64,000 nucleotides of DNA from Desulfomonilia bacterium (GTDB taxonomy: Bacteria; Desulfobacterota; Desulfomonilia; UBA1062). The stretch spans positions 410,024-474,023 of the forward strand of contig JBEKDT010000001.1 of the NCBI GenBank assembly GCA_050014195.1, read 5' to 3'. Numbering within the stretch: position 1 is the first letter of the stretch; every line of letters starts with the position of its first letter. A program made the position numbers and the translations under genes. The notes beneath the pieces are model-generated. The model had not been told where the DNA came from and did no database searches. It saw only the letters and a program-made list of their open reading frames with translations. Positions 31,364 to 40,802 of the stretch are shown in pieces.

Positions 31364-31699
31364 TTACTTTAAGTTTCTGTCTATAAAAGCAGCGAGTTTG
31401 GCCTTGGGGAGTGAACCAATCTGCGTCCCCCGGACCAGTCCTCCTTTTATGAACAATAATGTGGGTATGCTCCGGACTCCGTATTTTCTCGATGTCTCAG
31501 GACTCTCATCAACATTCACCTTCACCATATTCACCCGTCCGTCATATTCCTTGGCTATGTCTTCCAGAACCGGTCCGATAGCCCGGCAGGGTCCGCACCA
31601 TGGTGCCCAGAAATCCACCAGGGCAGGGCTTTCAGACTTTATAACAATGGCATCAAACGTGTTATCATCGGCATGGGTTACATATTGCTTGCTCTCCAT
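31364..31699 (-). CDS. trxA: Thioredoxin
   Basis: WCGPC active site; 111 aa. Confidence 0.9.
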   Translation of the reverse strand: MESKQYVTHADDNTFDAIVIKSESPALVDFWAPWCGPCRAIGPVLEDIAKEYDGRVNMVKVNVDESPETSRKYGVRSIPTLLFIKGGLVRGTQIGSLPKAKLAAFIDRNLK

Positions 31700-31835
31700 T
31701 CTTCGCTCCTTAAAAGTGTTGATTTCTTTTGCACCGGGATTCTTGCTTATGATAACAAGGTCTCATCCCGTGAGGTTAAGCATAAACCAGCTCAGTGGCG
31801 CGGTCATTGATCTAGATCAACGGAAATAGAAATTT

Positions 31836-32516
31836 ATGGATATACTGAAACAGATTCAGGACATCCCTCTCTTCCAGGGGCTCTCCAATGATGTATTGGA
31901 GGCCCTTTCCCTGCGTGTCCTGATCGGGACGTACCAGCCGGGAGAGGTGATTGTTGCCGAGACGGACCTGGTCAAGCAGTTCTTTGTCGTTATTACGGGG
32001 CAGGTGAAACTTTCCAAGAGCTCGATAGAGGGCAAGGAACAGACCCTGTACCTTTTAGGACAAGGGGAACCTTTCGGCCTGTGCACCGCCTTTGCCACCC
32101 ATGACTTTCCCGCCGAGGCCCTGGCGCTCAAAAAGTCCGATATCCTCACCATTCCCGGAGCAGCCGTGGAGGAGATCGTCATGAAAGAGCCGGCACTCCT
32201 CCTGAACATCCTGAAGGTGCTATCCAACAGGCTCAAGGAATCCATGAGCCTCATCGAGTCCCTGGCGCTCAAGGAGATCCCCCAGCGCCTGGCCTCATTC
32301 ATCATCCTCACCCAGCTAAGGGAAAATAAGGACAAAGGCGGCCGGATCGAGTTGTCAATTACCCATCGCGAGCTGTCGAAGATACTCGGGTCAACACCCG
32401 AGGCCCTCTCCCGTGCGTTGAGAAAAATGCAGAACGATGGAGTATTGGAAGTTCAGGGAAGGGTAATCACTATCCTGAACCACAAGGCCCTGGAGGAACT
32501 CTCGGAAGGTGAGTAG
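31836..32516 (+). CDS. Crp/Fnr family transcriptional regulator
   Basis: N-terminal cNMP-binding fold and a C-terminal HTH (SITHRELSKILGSTPEALSRAL). Confidence 0.85.
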   Translation: MDILKQIQDIPLFQGLSNDVLEALSLRVLIGTYQPGEVIVAETDLVKQFFVVITGQVKLSKSSIEGKEQTLYLLGQGEPFGLCTAFATHDFPAEALALKKSDILTIPGAAVEEIVMKEPALLLNILKVLSNRLKESMSLIESLALKEIPQRLASFIILTQLRENKDKGGRIELSITHRELSKILGSTPEALSRALRKMQNDGVLEVQGRVITILNHKALEELSEGE

Positions 32517-32750
32517 GACCGGGTAGTACTCTTGATCACAATCCTTGAACTCTATGGTATTGAGTGCGCAGTACCATGCCATGATACCTTCTGCTCTTGA
32601 ATGATCACAGGGTAATAATCACCCAGATGAGTAACATTATTTTTTCGTTGTGGTCTTATAGAACCGATCCAGAAGAGGTCCGGGTGCTTTGTCCCAGGTG
32701 GATGCATCCTAGTCAAAATCCCGCCTTGGGTTTGTCATGGGCTCACTCCT

Positions 32751-34076
32751 TTATTTCCGAGGTGCAACTCTTCGGTAGTTCATATTTGACATCAGTGCAA
32801 ACATCATCGAGGTGAAACTCCGCGTATTCTTCAAGGTAGAAACGGCTTTGCGAAGCAACACCGGCCAGGCGTAAATCTGCCGGTGGATCTCGATCATTTT
32901 TTGGGAAAGCTGCTCAGGCTCCATGCTGCCGGGACGATGGATCACCTCGGTCATGTCATAATGATTCCAATCTATGGGGAAGTTAGTATAGAGCAACCGA
33001 TTCTCTTTATAATACCTGTCGAAAACCCGAGTGCCGGCAAGCGGCGTAAGAAATGTGGTTTGCATCACATCTATTTGACTTCGGATCATAAAGTCGGCAC
33101 GTTGCTGCAGTTTATCAGCCGTATCACCATCCATTCCGAAGATGAAGGCCCCTAAAACAGCAATCCCTGCCTTGTTGATGCGACGGAATGCCTGGGAGTA
33201 GTAATCTACTCCCCGCTTGATATTGAGTTGTTTGTGAACCTCTTCCAAGGCACCCTCATCCTCTGCTTCAAGCCCAAGGAAGACCATCCTGCAACCGGCA
33301 CGCCTCGCCCAGAAAAGCACTTCCTCATCATCCCCGAAGTTAAGCGAGGCCTGGCAGAACCACCATTTGTTCAACTTACGCTCCACCATACCCTTGAAGA
33401 TCGCCAATGCCTGATCCCGTGACTCTTTGCCGTACCCGATGATATTGTCATCCACAAAGAATATCCTTTTCTCAGGGATAGTCTCCAGTTCAGCCAGTAC
33501 TTCCCCGGGGGGACGCCGCCGGTATCGCTTCCCATTAAAGGCTGTAACCGAGCAGAATTCGCAGTCCATGGGACAACCCCGCGAGGTCTGCACGGAGGCG
33601 AACATATAGCGTGGATGAAATAAGTCACGTCGCGGGTTCGGTGCACCTGACAGGTCGGTCCATCCTCCCTTGTATATCTTTTGCAGATGTCCTGCCTCAA
33701 CATCCGATATTACGTGCAGCCAGACGGCCTCTGCTTCGCCTATGACAACAGCATCAACATATTGAAGGGCTTCTTCCGGTCGGATTGACGCATGAATCCC
33801 GCCTATGACCACAGGTACCCTCCGCTGTCGATAGATCGAGGCAATTTCATATGCCCGATTGGCAGAAGCGGTAAAGGCTGTGATGCCCACTAAATCCGCA
33901 TCTTGATATGAGAAAGACTCCCAGTTCTCATCAAGCAGCTTTACCTTCCAGGAAGATGGTGTGACTGCTGCGACAATTCCCAAGCCGATAGGGGGAAACC
34001 GGGAAGACCTGTTGACCGTGAGACCAACACGCGCAGGGTTCACAGGGTTGATCAGGACCAGTCTTGGGCGCTTCAT
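32751..34076 (-). CDS. B12-binding domain radical SAM protein
   Basis: N-terminal cobalamin-binding Rossmann-like region followed by CPMDCEFC (CxxxCxxC); 441 aa. Confidence 0.8.
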   Translation of the reverse strand: MKRPRLVLINPVNPARVGLTVNRSSRFPPIGLGIVAAVTPSSWKVKLLDENWESFSYQDADLVGITAFTASANRAYEIASIYRQRRVPVVIGGIHASIRPEEALQYVDAVVIGEAEAVWLHVISDVEAGHLQKIYKGGWTDLSGAPNPRRDLFHPRYMFASVQTSRGCPMDCEFCSVTAFNGKRYRRRPPGEVLAELETIPEKRIFFVDDNIIGYGKESRDQALAIFKGMVERKLNKWWFCQASLNFGDDEEVLFWARRAGCRMVFLGLEAEDEGALEEVHKQLNIKRGVDYYSQAFRRINKAGIAVLGAFIFGMDGDTADKLQQRADFMIRSQIDVMQTTFLTPLAGTRVFDRYYKENRLLYTNFPIDWNHYDMTEVIHRPGSMEPEQLSQKMIEIHRQIYAWPVLLRKAVSTLKNTRSFTSMMFALMSNMNYRRVAPRK

Positions 34077-34146
34077 GTTATAGACAATTCCTTGTTATGG
34101 TCGGTTATTACGTCCCGACCTCATTTAAAAATAAAATGAACAGCAG

Positions 34147-34188
34147 CATTATAATGTTGTAATACCCAACCATTGTATTATAATACAA
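34147..34188. promoter_or_regulatory. Tandem palindromic operator candidates in the divergent rSAM | MarR intergenic region
   Basis: Perfect 10-bp palindrome CATTATAATG (34147-34156) and perfect 16-bp palindrome TTGTATTATAATACAA (34173-34188), both about 40-80 bp upstream of the marR start. Confidence 0.45.
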
Positions 34189-34228
34189 ATAGAGAATGCA
34201 ACTATTATTGTGAAAGGAAGAAACTATA

Positions 34229-34678
34229 ATGCCTCTTACAGATAAGGAATCCCTGCAATTGAATCAGGCATTGTTCAGCATGTCACACGCCTACCATTTG
34301 CGTACTGCAAAATATGAAAAAAAGAATCCGACCGGTCTTGCCTTTTCTGATCGGGCGGTGCTCATGGTTTTGGGCCAGCTGGCGCCGATCAACTCCCGCC
34401 AATTATCGAACTTGATGACCATCAATCCCGGCACGATTTCTCAGTATGTCCATAGCCTTGTCAAGAAAGGGCTGGTCGAAAAAAAACAAGATGAAAATGA
34501 CCGGCGTAAATGGTGGTTGAGTCTTACGAAAAAAGGGCAGGCCATCTATCAGGAAACAGTCTCAAAAGCGATTGTATACACTAGAGATTTCATATCCTCA
34601 CTGAGTGAAAAGGAACAAAAGACACTCCATCAATTGCTTTTAAAAGCGTCCCACGCCCTGGGATACGAGTGGCAATAG
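34229..34678 (+). CDS. MarR family transcriptional regulator
   Basis: Winged-helix region (SRQLSNLMTINPGTISQYVHSLVKKGLVEK...DRRKWWLSLT); 149 aa. Confidence 0.8.
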   Translation: MPLTDKESLQLNQALFSMSHAYHLRTAKYEKKNPTGLAFSDRAVLMVLGQLAPINSRQLSNLMTINPGTISQYVHSLVKKGLVEKKQDENDRRKWWLSLTKKGQAIYQETVSKAIVYTRDFISSLSEKEQKTLHQLLLKASHALGYEWQ

Positions 34679-34680
34679 AA

Positions 34681-35856
34681 ATGCGGATTTTGTGGGCAGT
34701 CAGCTCACTCGGCAAAGGTCACATCATGCGTGACATTGCAATAGTCAACCAACTTCAGAGGTTGACAGATGTAGAAGTTGACTGGCTTGTCCCTGATCCC
34801 GGCGGAGAATTCATGCGCAACAGGGGTTATACCGTCCTTGATCATTCAGGGCTCTTGTCCGGCAGCGGAAAGGTCTATGCCCAGGTTTTTGATGGCAGTT
34901 CAAACGAGATCAACCTGATGAGGTATACAAAGGCCGATACGAGACTTCACAAGCATGATTTTTTTGTGAGTAAGAAGGCATGGGAAGATAAGGTATATAA
35001 TGTAATCATCGGTGACGAGGCCTTCTGGCTCCTCACCGGATTTGCTTCAAGATGGGCAGCTAAGCCTGCCCCTTTTATTTTCCTCACGGATTTTATCGGT
35101 GTAAAGTCAATGCAGCCCGACATGAATGATATTCTCTTTGCCTGGTATAACAATCTCAAGTTCACCATGAGTTTTTTAGGACCGGATATCTACATCTACA
35201 TTGGATACGCAGAAGAAATCCCTGACGAGCCGATGGGTTTTCTGCTTCCGGGCAGGAGATCCTGGGCGCGGCGCCACTGCCGTTTTGTAAGACCCATTGT
35301 CAGCTTTGATCCTGAGGCCCTCCCTAATAAATCAACGCTGCGCGAAAATCTCGGATTGCCGGTTCATAAAACATTGTTCATTGCAACAGTAGGCCCGGAA
35401 GGAGACGCTTATAAACGAACAACAGACATAGAGTCGGTTCTGGAGCTCTTGCGGTCTGATTACCCGGATGCCCATTTTGTTATGGTCAGCCCGGAGGCAG
35501 GTAGGAAAGACTGGATTCAATACCATGGATACCTTGATGAGCTGTATAAATACTTTGCAGCAGCGGATTTCGTTTTGACCCAATCAGGATATGGGAAGGT
35601 TGCGGAGCTTGCTGCAACAGGAACGCCCTTCATCGCTGTTCCCCTGGATTTTCACTTTGAGCAGGAATACGTGATGGCTCACCGTTTGGACCACTACGGG
35701 GTGGGAAAGATAGTGACTCTTCGCAATAATTCCCCTGAAACGATTGCTGCAATGGCCCTTCAATTAATGGGTCAAGGTGGACGAAGGGTATCGGTAGACG
35801 ACGGAACAGAGGTCGCCTGTATTATCCTGAAAGCAGGGAAGCACACAAGTGCATGA
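34681..35856 (+). CDS. Glycosyltransferase, GT-B fold (GT28/MGT-like C-terminal domain)
   Basis: An N-terminal glycine-rich motif (SSLGKGHIMRD) and a C-terminal sugar-donor-binding region (TQSGYGKVAELAATGTPFIAVP) typical of MurG/UGT-like GT-B enzymes. The ATG at 34681 is used. The alternative GTG start overlaps the marR stop. Confidence 0.6.
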   Translation: MRILWAVSSLGKGHIMRDIAIVNQLQRLTDVEVDWLVPDPGGEFMRNRGYTVLDHSGLLSGSGKVYAQVFDGSSNEINLMRYTKADTRLHKHDFFVSKKAWEDKVYNVIIGDEAFWLLTGFASRWAAKPAPFIFLTDFIGVKSMQPDMNDILFAWYNNLKFTMSFLGPDIYIYIGYAEEIPDEPMGFLLPGRRSWARRHCRFVRPIVSFDPEALPNKSTLRENLGLPVHKTLFIATVGPEGDAYKRTTDIESVLELLRSDYPDAHFVMVSPEAGRKDWIQYHGYLDELYKYFAAADFVLTQSGYGKVAELAATGTPFIAVPLDFHFEQEYVMAHRLDHYGVGKIVTLRNNSPETIAAMALQLMGQGGRRVSVDDGTEVACIILKAGKHTSA

Positions 35857-36114
35857 CAATACGTCAGTTCAACACAGAGAAATTCTAAAAACGCTTTGCT
35901 TGAGTAAAAGGATAAGGGGGTCGGTAATTCTGCTCGGCTAGGTCCAGGAGATAAATACCAGGATAGAGTATACCAGAATGCTTATTGCAAATAACATTCT
36001 CATCAACTTCTCCTTCATGGATGGGCTTGTTACAAGTTGGTGCCCACATATACCTTTGTTTTTCAAGTTTCAAGAGGAATTATTATGGAAACAAACCGTG
36101 ATTGATCTTTTCCC

Positions 36115-36537
36115 TTACACGAGCTCTTCGAGGATTTTTACTGCATCTTGCACATATTTAACGCACCGGACGGCAAAGATGGCCTTTTCCCGGGCCTCGG
36201 CCAGTTGCTCGGGTTTGCCCAGGTCGTACCCGATAAGCTCGGTGCAGTTGATGGAGCCGTGGAGCCTGGTGAACCGGTCAACGAACTCCCGCACGACCTC
36301 ATAGGTCCCTTCCTTCATCTCGGGCCCGCCGCCGTGCTTCAGCCCGATAGCCATAAGAGCGCCTGTAACGGCACCGCAGGTGAGACCCAGGTGCGAGATG
36401 CCGCCGCCGAATGCACATGCAACCTTCGATGCCGTAAGCTGGTCCATGCCGAAGTCCCCGGCAAAGGCCATGAGCACTGCCTGGGCGCAGGAGTGTTTGG
36501 TTGAGAACAATTGCATGGCATGTTCTGTCTTTGTCAT
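36115..36537 (-). CDS. C_GCAxxG_C_C family protein
   Basis: CAQAVL...CGAVTGA...C pattern of the C_GCAxxG_C_C family; 140 aa. Confidence 0.65.
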   Translation of the reverse strand: MTKTEHAMQLFSTKHSCAQAVLMAFAGDFGMDQLTASKVACAFGGGISHLGLTCGAVTGALMAIGLKHGGGPEMKEGTYEVVREFVDRFTRLHGSINCTELIGYDLGKPEQLAEAREKAIFAVRCVKYVQDAVKILEELV

Positions 36538-36554
36538 AGTTACCTTTATACATT

Positions 36555-36612
36555 ATTTTTAAGAAAAAGGAACGCCGCACTGTCATGAATGAGGTCGTAA
36601 CAGCGCGGCGCG
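36555..36612 (-). terminator. Candidate intrinsic terminator downstream of hpf
   Basis: Minus-strand stem CGCCGCGCTGT/ACAGTGCGGCG (one mismatch) followed by TTCCTTTTTCTT. Confidence 0.45.
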
Positions 36613-36638
36613 ATATGCCTAGAGACGATGAGTGATCT

Positions 36639-37166
36639 TCAGATTTGGGGTTCTACCAAAGCAAGCTCTCCGTCCTGGCGTTTGTAGATAAGATTGAGCT
36701 GCTTTGAATCCGTGTTCTGGAAGATAATAAAGTTTTGTGGTGCTTCACCCATCTCCATGACGGCCTCGTCAACACTCATGGGCCTGACGGGATAGTTCTT
36801 CTCATAGATGAGGCGCTGTTTTGCCTTTTTGCTGACCGGGGGCGCAGCTGCCACTGTTGCCGCCTTACCCTGCTGGGTCTTCTTACCCTGGAGCTTCTCC
36901 TTGTACTTCTTGAGCTGCCTTTCAAGCTTATCCATCACCATGTCGATGGCTGCATACAAGTCCTCGGTGATCTCTACGGCGTTGATGACCGTGCCGTCCG
37001 CGGTGAGGGTGACATCAGCCTTGTGCCGGCGCTTTTCCACAGAAAGGACGACATGCGCTTCAGCGGTGCGGTCGATGTATCTGTCCATCTTCGAGAGCCT
37101 TTTGAACGCGTAGTCTTTCAGCGCATCGGAAGAGTCAATGTTCTTAAAGGTAATGTCGGTCTGCAT
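36639..37166 (-). CDS. hpf: Ribosome hibernation-promoting factor (long HPF/RaiA, sigma-54 modulation protein)
   Basis: S30AE N-terminal domain (MQTDITFKNIDSSDALKDYAFKRL), linker and C-terminal domain; 175 aa. It lies immediately downstream of rpoN. Confidence 0.85.
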   Translation of the reverse strand: MQTDITFKNIDSSDALKDYAFKRLSKMDRYIDRTAEAHVVLSVEKRRHKADVTLTADGTVINAVEITEDLYAAIDMVMDKLERQLKKYKEKLQGKKTQQGKAATVAAAPPVSKKAKQRLIYEKNYPVRPMSVDEAVMEMGEAPQNFIIFQNTDSKQLNLIYKRQDGELALVEPQI

Positions 37167-37195
37167 AAATCCTCCTCTCGTGGTTAAACAATGAT

Positions 37196-38575
37196 TTAAA
37201 AGTGTTTCTTCCTCCGGTTTGAAGGAAGAATACCAAGCAGCTCACGGTACTTGGCAACGGTCCTGCGTGCTATCCTCACCCCTTTCCCTTTCAGTTTATG
37301 GGCTATGGCCTGGTCGCTCAGGGGATGTTTGGCATCCTCCGCCTTGATGATATTTTCAATTTCATTCTTAACGCTCTGGGATGCGATAAAACTTCCGTCG
37401 CTCTTGGATATACCGCTGTTGAAGAAATACTTGAGCTCGAATGTGCCCTGGGTCGTATGCACATATTTATTAGATGTAACCCTGCTGATGGTGGATTCAT
37501 GCATGCCCACATCATCGGCAACGTCTCTGAGGACTAATGGTTTCAGGTTCGTGATACCGTGGTCGAGAAAATCTTTCTGGAACTTGACGATGCTCTCTGT
37601 GACCTTGCACAGGGTATTCTGCCTCTGCTGGATGCTCTTTAAAAGCCACTGGGCAGACTTGTAGCAGTCGGAGAGGTAGTCCTTGGCCATCTTGCCCATA
37701 TTGTCGGACTTCATCATGATCTGGTATTCTTTGTTGAGCTTGAGCATGGGCAGATCCTCCTCATTGAGCAGGATCATATACTCCCCCTCCATTTTCACCA
37801 CATACACATCCGGGACGATGTACTGGGGGGGATCGTCTGAGTAATCACGGGCGGGACGGGGTTCCATGTTGACGATGATCTGGGCGGCCTGTGCCACATC
37901 ATCCACGGTTGCAGAAAGCTCCTGGGCGATCTTGTTGTAGTTTTTGGTCTGGAGGTCCTCCAGGTGGGAATCGATTATCCTCCACACCAGGGTGTTCTCC
38001 AGGTCCAGTATTCTCGCCTGGATCCTGAGGCAGTCCTTCAGGTCACGCGCCGCGATGCCGGGAGGGTCGAACCGCTGAACCTTGACAAGTACCGACTCAA
38101 CTATGTCGGGTGTTGACCCGGTTTCCTGGCATATGGTCTCGGTATCAAGCCCCATGTAGCCGTTATGATCGAGGTTGCCGATGATGAAGAGGCCCACTTC
38201 CTGTTCTTTATCGGTAAAATCATTCAGTCTCAACTGCCAGAGGAGATGGTCCATGAGCCCTTCGGGTTTGCAGGTAGTGGACTCGATGGAGGGCCGCTCA
38301 TCGTCTTCATAGTAGGGGATATTGTCCTGGCCGTATGTCTCCAGGTAGGCATCCCACCTTTGCCTGAGCTGTTCCTTCTCCTTGACGGATTCGGGGGTGT
38401 CCTCGCGTACACGGGCAATTTCCACATCGAGCAGCGGGTTTTGTTCGAGCTCGCTGTCGATATATTCCTGCAGCTCGAGCCTGCTAAGCTGCAGGAGTTT
38501 GATAGCCTGCTGGAGCTGTGGCGTCATTATGAGCTGCTGCGCCAGCTTGAGATGTTGCTTAAGCTCCAAGGCCAT
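37196..38575 (-). CDS. rpoN: RNA polymerase sigma-54 factor
   Basis: N-terminal LKQHLKLAQQLIMTPQLQQAIKLLQL (region I) and C-terminal RpoN box ARRTVAKYRE; 459 aa. Confidence 0.95.
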   Translation of the reverse strand: MALELKQHLKLAQQLIMTPQLQQAIKLLQLSRLELQEYIDSELEQNPLLDVEIARVREDTPESVKEKEQLRQRWDAYLETYGQDNIPYYEDDERPSIESTTCKPEGLMDHLLWQLRLNDFTDKEQEVGLFIIGNLDHNGYMGLDTETICQETGSTPDIVESVLVKVQRFDPPGIAARDLKDCLRIQARILDLENTLVWRIIDSHLEDLQTKNYNKIAQELSATVDDVAQAAQIIVNMEPRPARDYSDDPPQYIVPDVYVVKMEGEYMILLNEEDLPMLKLNKEYQIMMKSDNMGKMAKDYLSDCYKSAQWLLKSIQQRQNTLCKVTESIVKFQKDFLDHGITNLKPLVLRDVADDVGMHESTISRVTSNKYVHTTQGTFELKYFFNSGISKSDGSFIASQSVKNEIENIIKAEDAKHPLSDQAIAHKLKGKGVRIARRTVAKYRELLGILPSNRRKKHF

Positions 38576-38587
38576 CCTTAACTCCTC

Positions 38588-39316
38588 CTAGAGAGAAAAG
38601 TCCTTACCCACATAGATCTGCTTGACCTTCTCATTCGCCACAACCTGTTCCGGGGTTCCTTCCTCAATTACAAGACCCTGATGGATAATATATGCCCTGT
38701 CACATATCTTCAGGGTTTCTTTTACATTATGATCCGTAATAATGACACCAATTCCCAATTTTTTCAAGTTTACTATCATATCCTGAATGTCATTGACCGT
38801 GATGGGGTCAATCCCTGCAAAAGGCTCATCCAGGAGCATGTATGCGGGGCTCAGGGCCATGGCCCTGGCGATCTCCACCCGGCGCCTCTCACCTCCGGAG
38901 AGAGAGACGCCTTTTTGAGTACGCACTTGATCAAGACCGAAGCTTGCCACGATCTCATCACGGTGCTGTTTCAGCTCAATCCCTTTCAACCCCCTGGCCT
39001 CCAAGGGGACAGAGATGTTGTCTTCCACGCTCAACCCCCTGAACACAGAGGGCTCCTGGGGCAGGTAGCCGATGCCTCGCATGGCGCGACCCGCGAGATC
39101 GATGCCGGTGATGTCGTCAGTACCGAGAAATACCTTGCCCTTGTCCGGGCGGATGAGACCCACGATCATGTAGAATGTCGTGGTCTTCCCCGCTCCGTTC
39201 GGGCCGAGCAGTCCGATGATCTCGCCCTTGTTGCAGGCAATGGAGAGGCCTCTGATGACGTACACCTTCCCAAAGCTCTTCTCAAGGCCATCGGCCTTCA
39301 GCGTCATTTCCCCCAT
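38588..39316 (-). CDS. lptB: LPS export ABC transporter ATP-binding protein
   Basis: Walker A GPNGAGKTT, ABC signature LSGGERRRVEIARA, and Walker B LLDEPFAGID; 242 aa. Confidence 0.9.
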   Translation of the reverse strand: MGEMTLKADGLEKSFGKVYVIRGLSIACNKGEIIGLLGPNGAGKTTTFYMIVGLIRPDKGKVFLGTDDITGIDLAGRAMRGIGYLPQEPSVFRGLSVEDNISVPLEARGLKGIELKQHRDEIVASFGLDQVRTQKGVSLSGGERRRVEIARAMALSPAYMLLDEPFAGIDPITVNDIQDMIVNLKKLGIGVIITDHNVKETLKICDRAYIIHQGLVIEEGTPEQVVANEKVKQIYVGKDFSL

Positions 39317-39810
39317 TGCATGATCCCCGTACTCTCTCCGGCATTCACCCGAACTTTCACCCTGCGGCCGGCACCTTCAACCACCTGAGTGTCGTTTTTC
39401 TTATCCAGTGTCACCTTCTGGCCGATGATTTTCTCCTGGCCTCTGGTGATGACGACATCACCCGTCATTACCATTACATCACTGACAAGATCATACACCG
39501 CCTTGGCACATGTTGCCTCTTTGTCTTTCCATAAGATATCCACATCACCTTCAGCGGTTAACATGTTGACCTTGTGTGATTTCTGGTCGTAGACCAACGT
39601 CAGGGTATTTCCCTTGACCGTGATATCGGGTTTCGTAGCCTTCACTCTGCCTTTGAATATCGCTGTACCGTTCTTGGTGTTCACGTCCAGTCTGTCCGCC
39701 TCGATGTCAACCATATCGGATACCTTAGGCGGTGTCTTGAGGCCTTCCGCATGAAGGGCATACGGCCAGAGAAGGCTAAAGATTAAGAATATTCTGCATA
39801 ACCTTTGCAT
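39304..39810 (-). CDS. lptA: LptA (OstA-like periplasmic LPS transport protein)
   Basis: A signal peptide follows the internal M (MQRLCRIFLIFSLLWPYALHA), and the protein has an OstA-like beta-jellyroll. It sits between lptC and lptB. Confidence 0.7.
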   Translation of the reverse strand: MQRLCRIFLIFSLLWPYALHAEGLKTPPKVSDMVDIEADRLDVNTKNGTAIFKGRVKATKPDITVKGNTLTLVYDQKSHKVNMLTAEGDVDILWKDKEATCAKAVYDLVSDVMVMTGDVVITRGQEKIIGQKVTLDKKNDTQVVEGAGRRVKVRVNAGESTGIMQWGK

Positions 39811-40309
39811 GGACCCTTCCGATACAAGCGATATTGGTGAATTGGTCGGAAAATTCCGCCCTGTCGGCCGTGATGACTCCACTTTCCCCCTCGATAACTA
39901 TTGGGTTATCCGTATGGGCAAAATTCTTTACCCTATCCCAGGTGAGGTTATTGAGCCTGGCGCGGGACCCGTTTTGTGTTTCAATGTTCACCGGTCCCTT
40001 AACCTCAAGGATGGATTTGGCGCGATCGTAGAAGGCATCTACACCGCTCAGCTTTAGCCCGCCGGTCTGTGTAAGGACAAAGTCTTTGAGACGCACGTCT
40101 TGATCCCCTGTCTCATCCACCTCCCGGGCGGACACTTCCATGGTCTTGTTATTTTGGCGATTGCGTTCGTACATGACTACATTCATGGCCTGTCGCCTTG
40201 GCTGCGTGCCCTTATTCAGGGATGGCGCCATTTGATTATCGCGGGAAACGGAGATGATGAAAGCCAGTACGACGATCACACCCGTCAATAGAATCAGCTT
40301 ATTCCACAT
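39776..40309 (-). CDS. lptC: LptC
   Basis: Single N-terminal transmembrane helix plus a periplasmic domain; 177 aa. Its position between kdsC and lptA matches the conserved order. Confidence 0.65.
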   Translation of the reverse strand: MWNKLILLTGVIVVLAFIISVSRDNQMAPSLNKGTQPRRQAMNVVMYERNRQNNKTMEVSAREVDETGDQDVRLKDFVLTQTGGLKLSGVDAFYDRAKSILEVKGPVNIETQNGSRARLNNLTWDRVKNFAHTDNPIVIEGESGVITADRAEFSDQFTNIACIGRVHAKVMQNILNL

Positions 40310-40802
40310 AGCGTTCCATGATCTTGTCGAAAAGCCCCTCGCGCTTCAGGATGATCTCTATGGCCTCCCTGACGGCGCCGTGACCGCCCGGCCTCGTGGT
40401 AACCACTTCGGCCCTCTCCTTGACCATATCCATGGCATCGGCCGGGGCAAAGGTCATACCGCACAGGGCCATGGGGGGAATGTCCACCACATCGTCCCCC
40501 ATGTAGGCCATATTGGTCGTGCTTATGCCGAGTTTCTGCGCCGCTTCCAACAGTGCCGGCTTCTTGTCTATTGCCCCCTGGAAGACGTGCGTAATACCGA
40601 GCTCATGCGCCCTGTACTCCAGTGCCTTTGATGTCCTGCCGGTGATAATGACCACCTCGATACCGGCCCGCAGGAGCATCCTCAGCCCGTGTCCGTCCTT
40701 GCTGTTGAAGGCCTTGATCTGGATACCTTCATCGGTGAAGTAGATGGAAGAGTCTGTCAGTACGCCATCCACATCGAGCACCAGGCACGAGATCTTGTTC
40801 AT
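40299..40802 (-). CDS. kdsC: 3-deoxy-D-manno-octulosonate 8-phosphate phosphatase
   Basis: HAD motif LVLDVDGVLTD and KdsC-like length (167 aa). Confidence 0.85.
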   Translation of the reverse strand: MNKISCLVLDVDGVLTDSSIYFTDEGIQIKAFNSKDGHGLRMLLRAGIEVVIITGRTSKALEYRAHELGITHVFQGAIDKKPALLEAAQKLGISTTNMAYMGDDVVDIPPMALCGMTFAPADAMDMVKERAEVVTTRPGGHGAVREAIEIILKREGLFDKIMERYVE

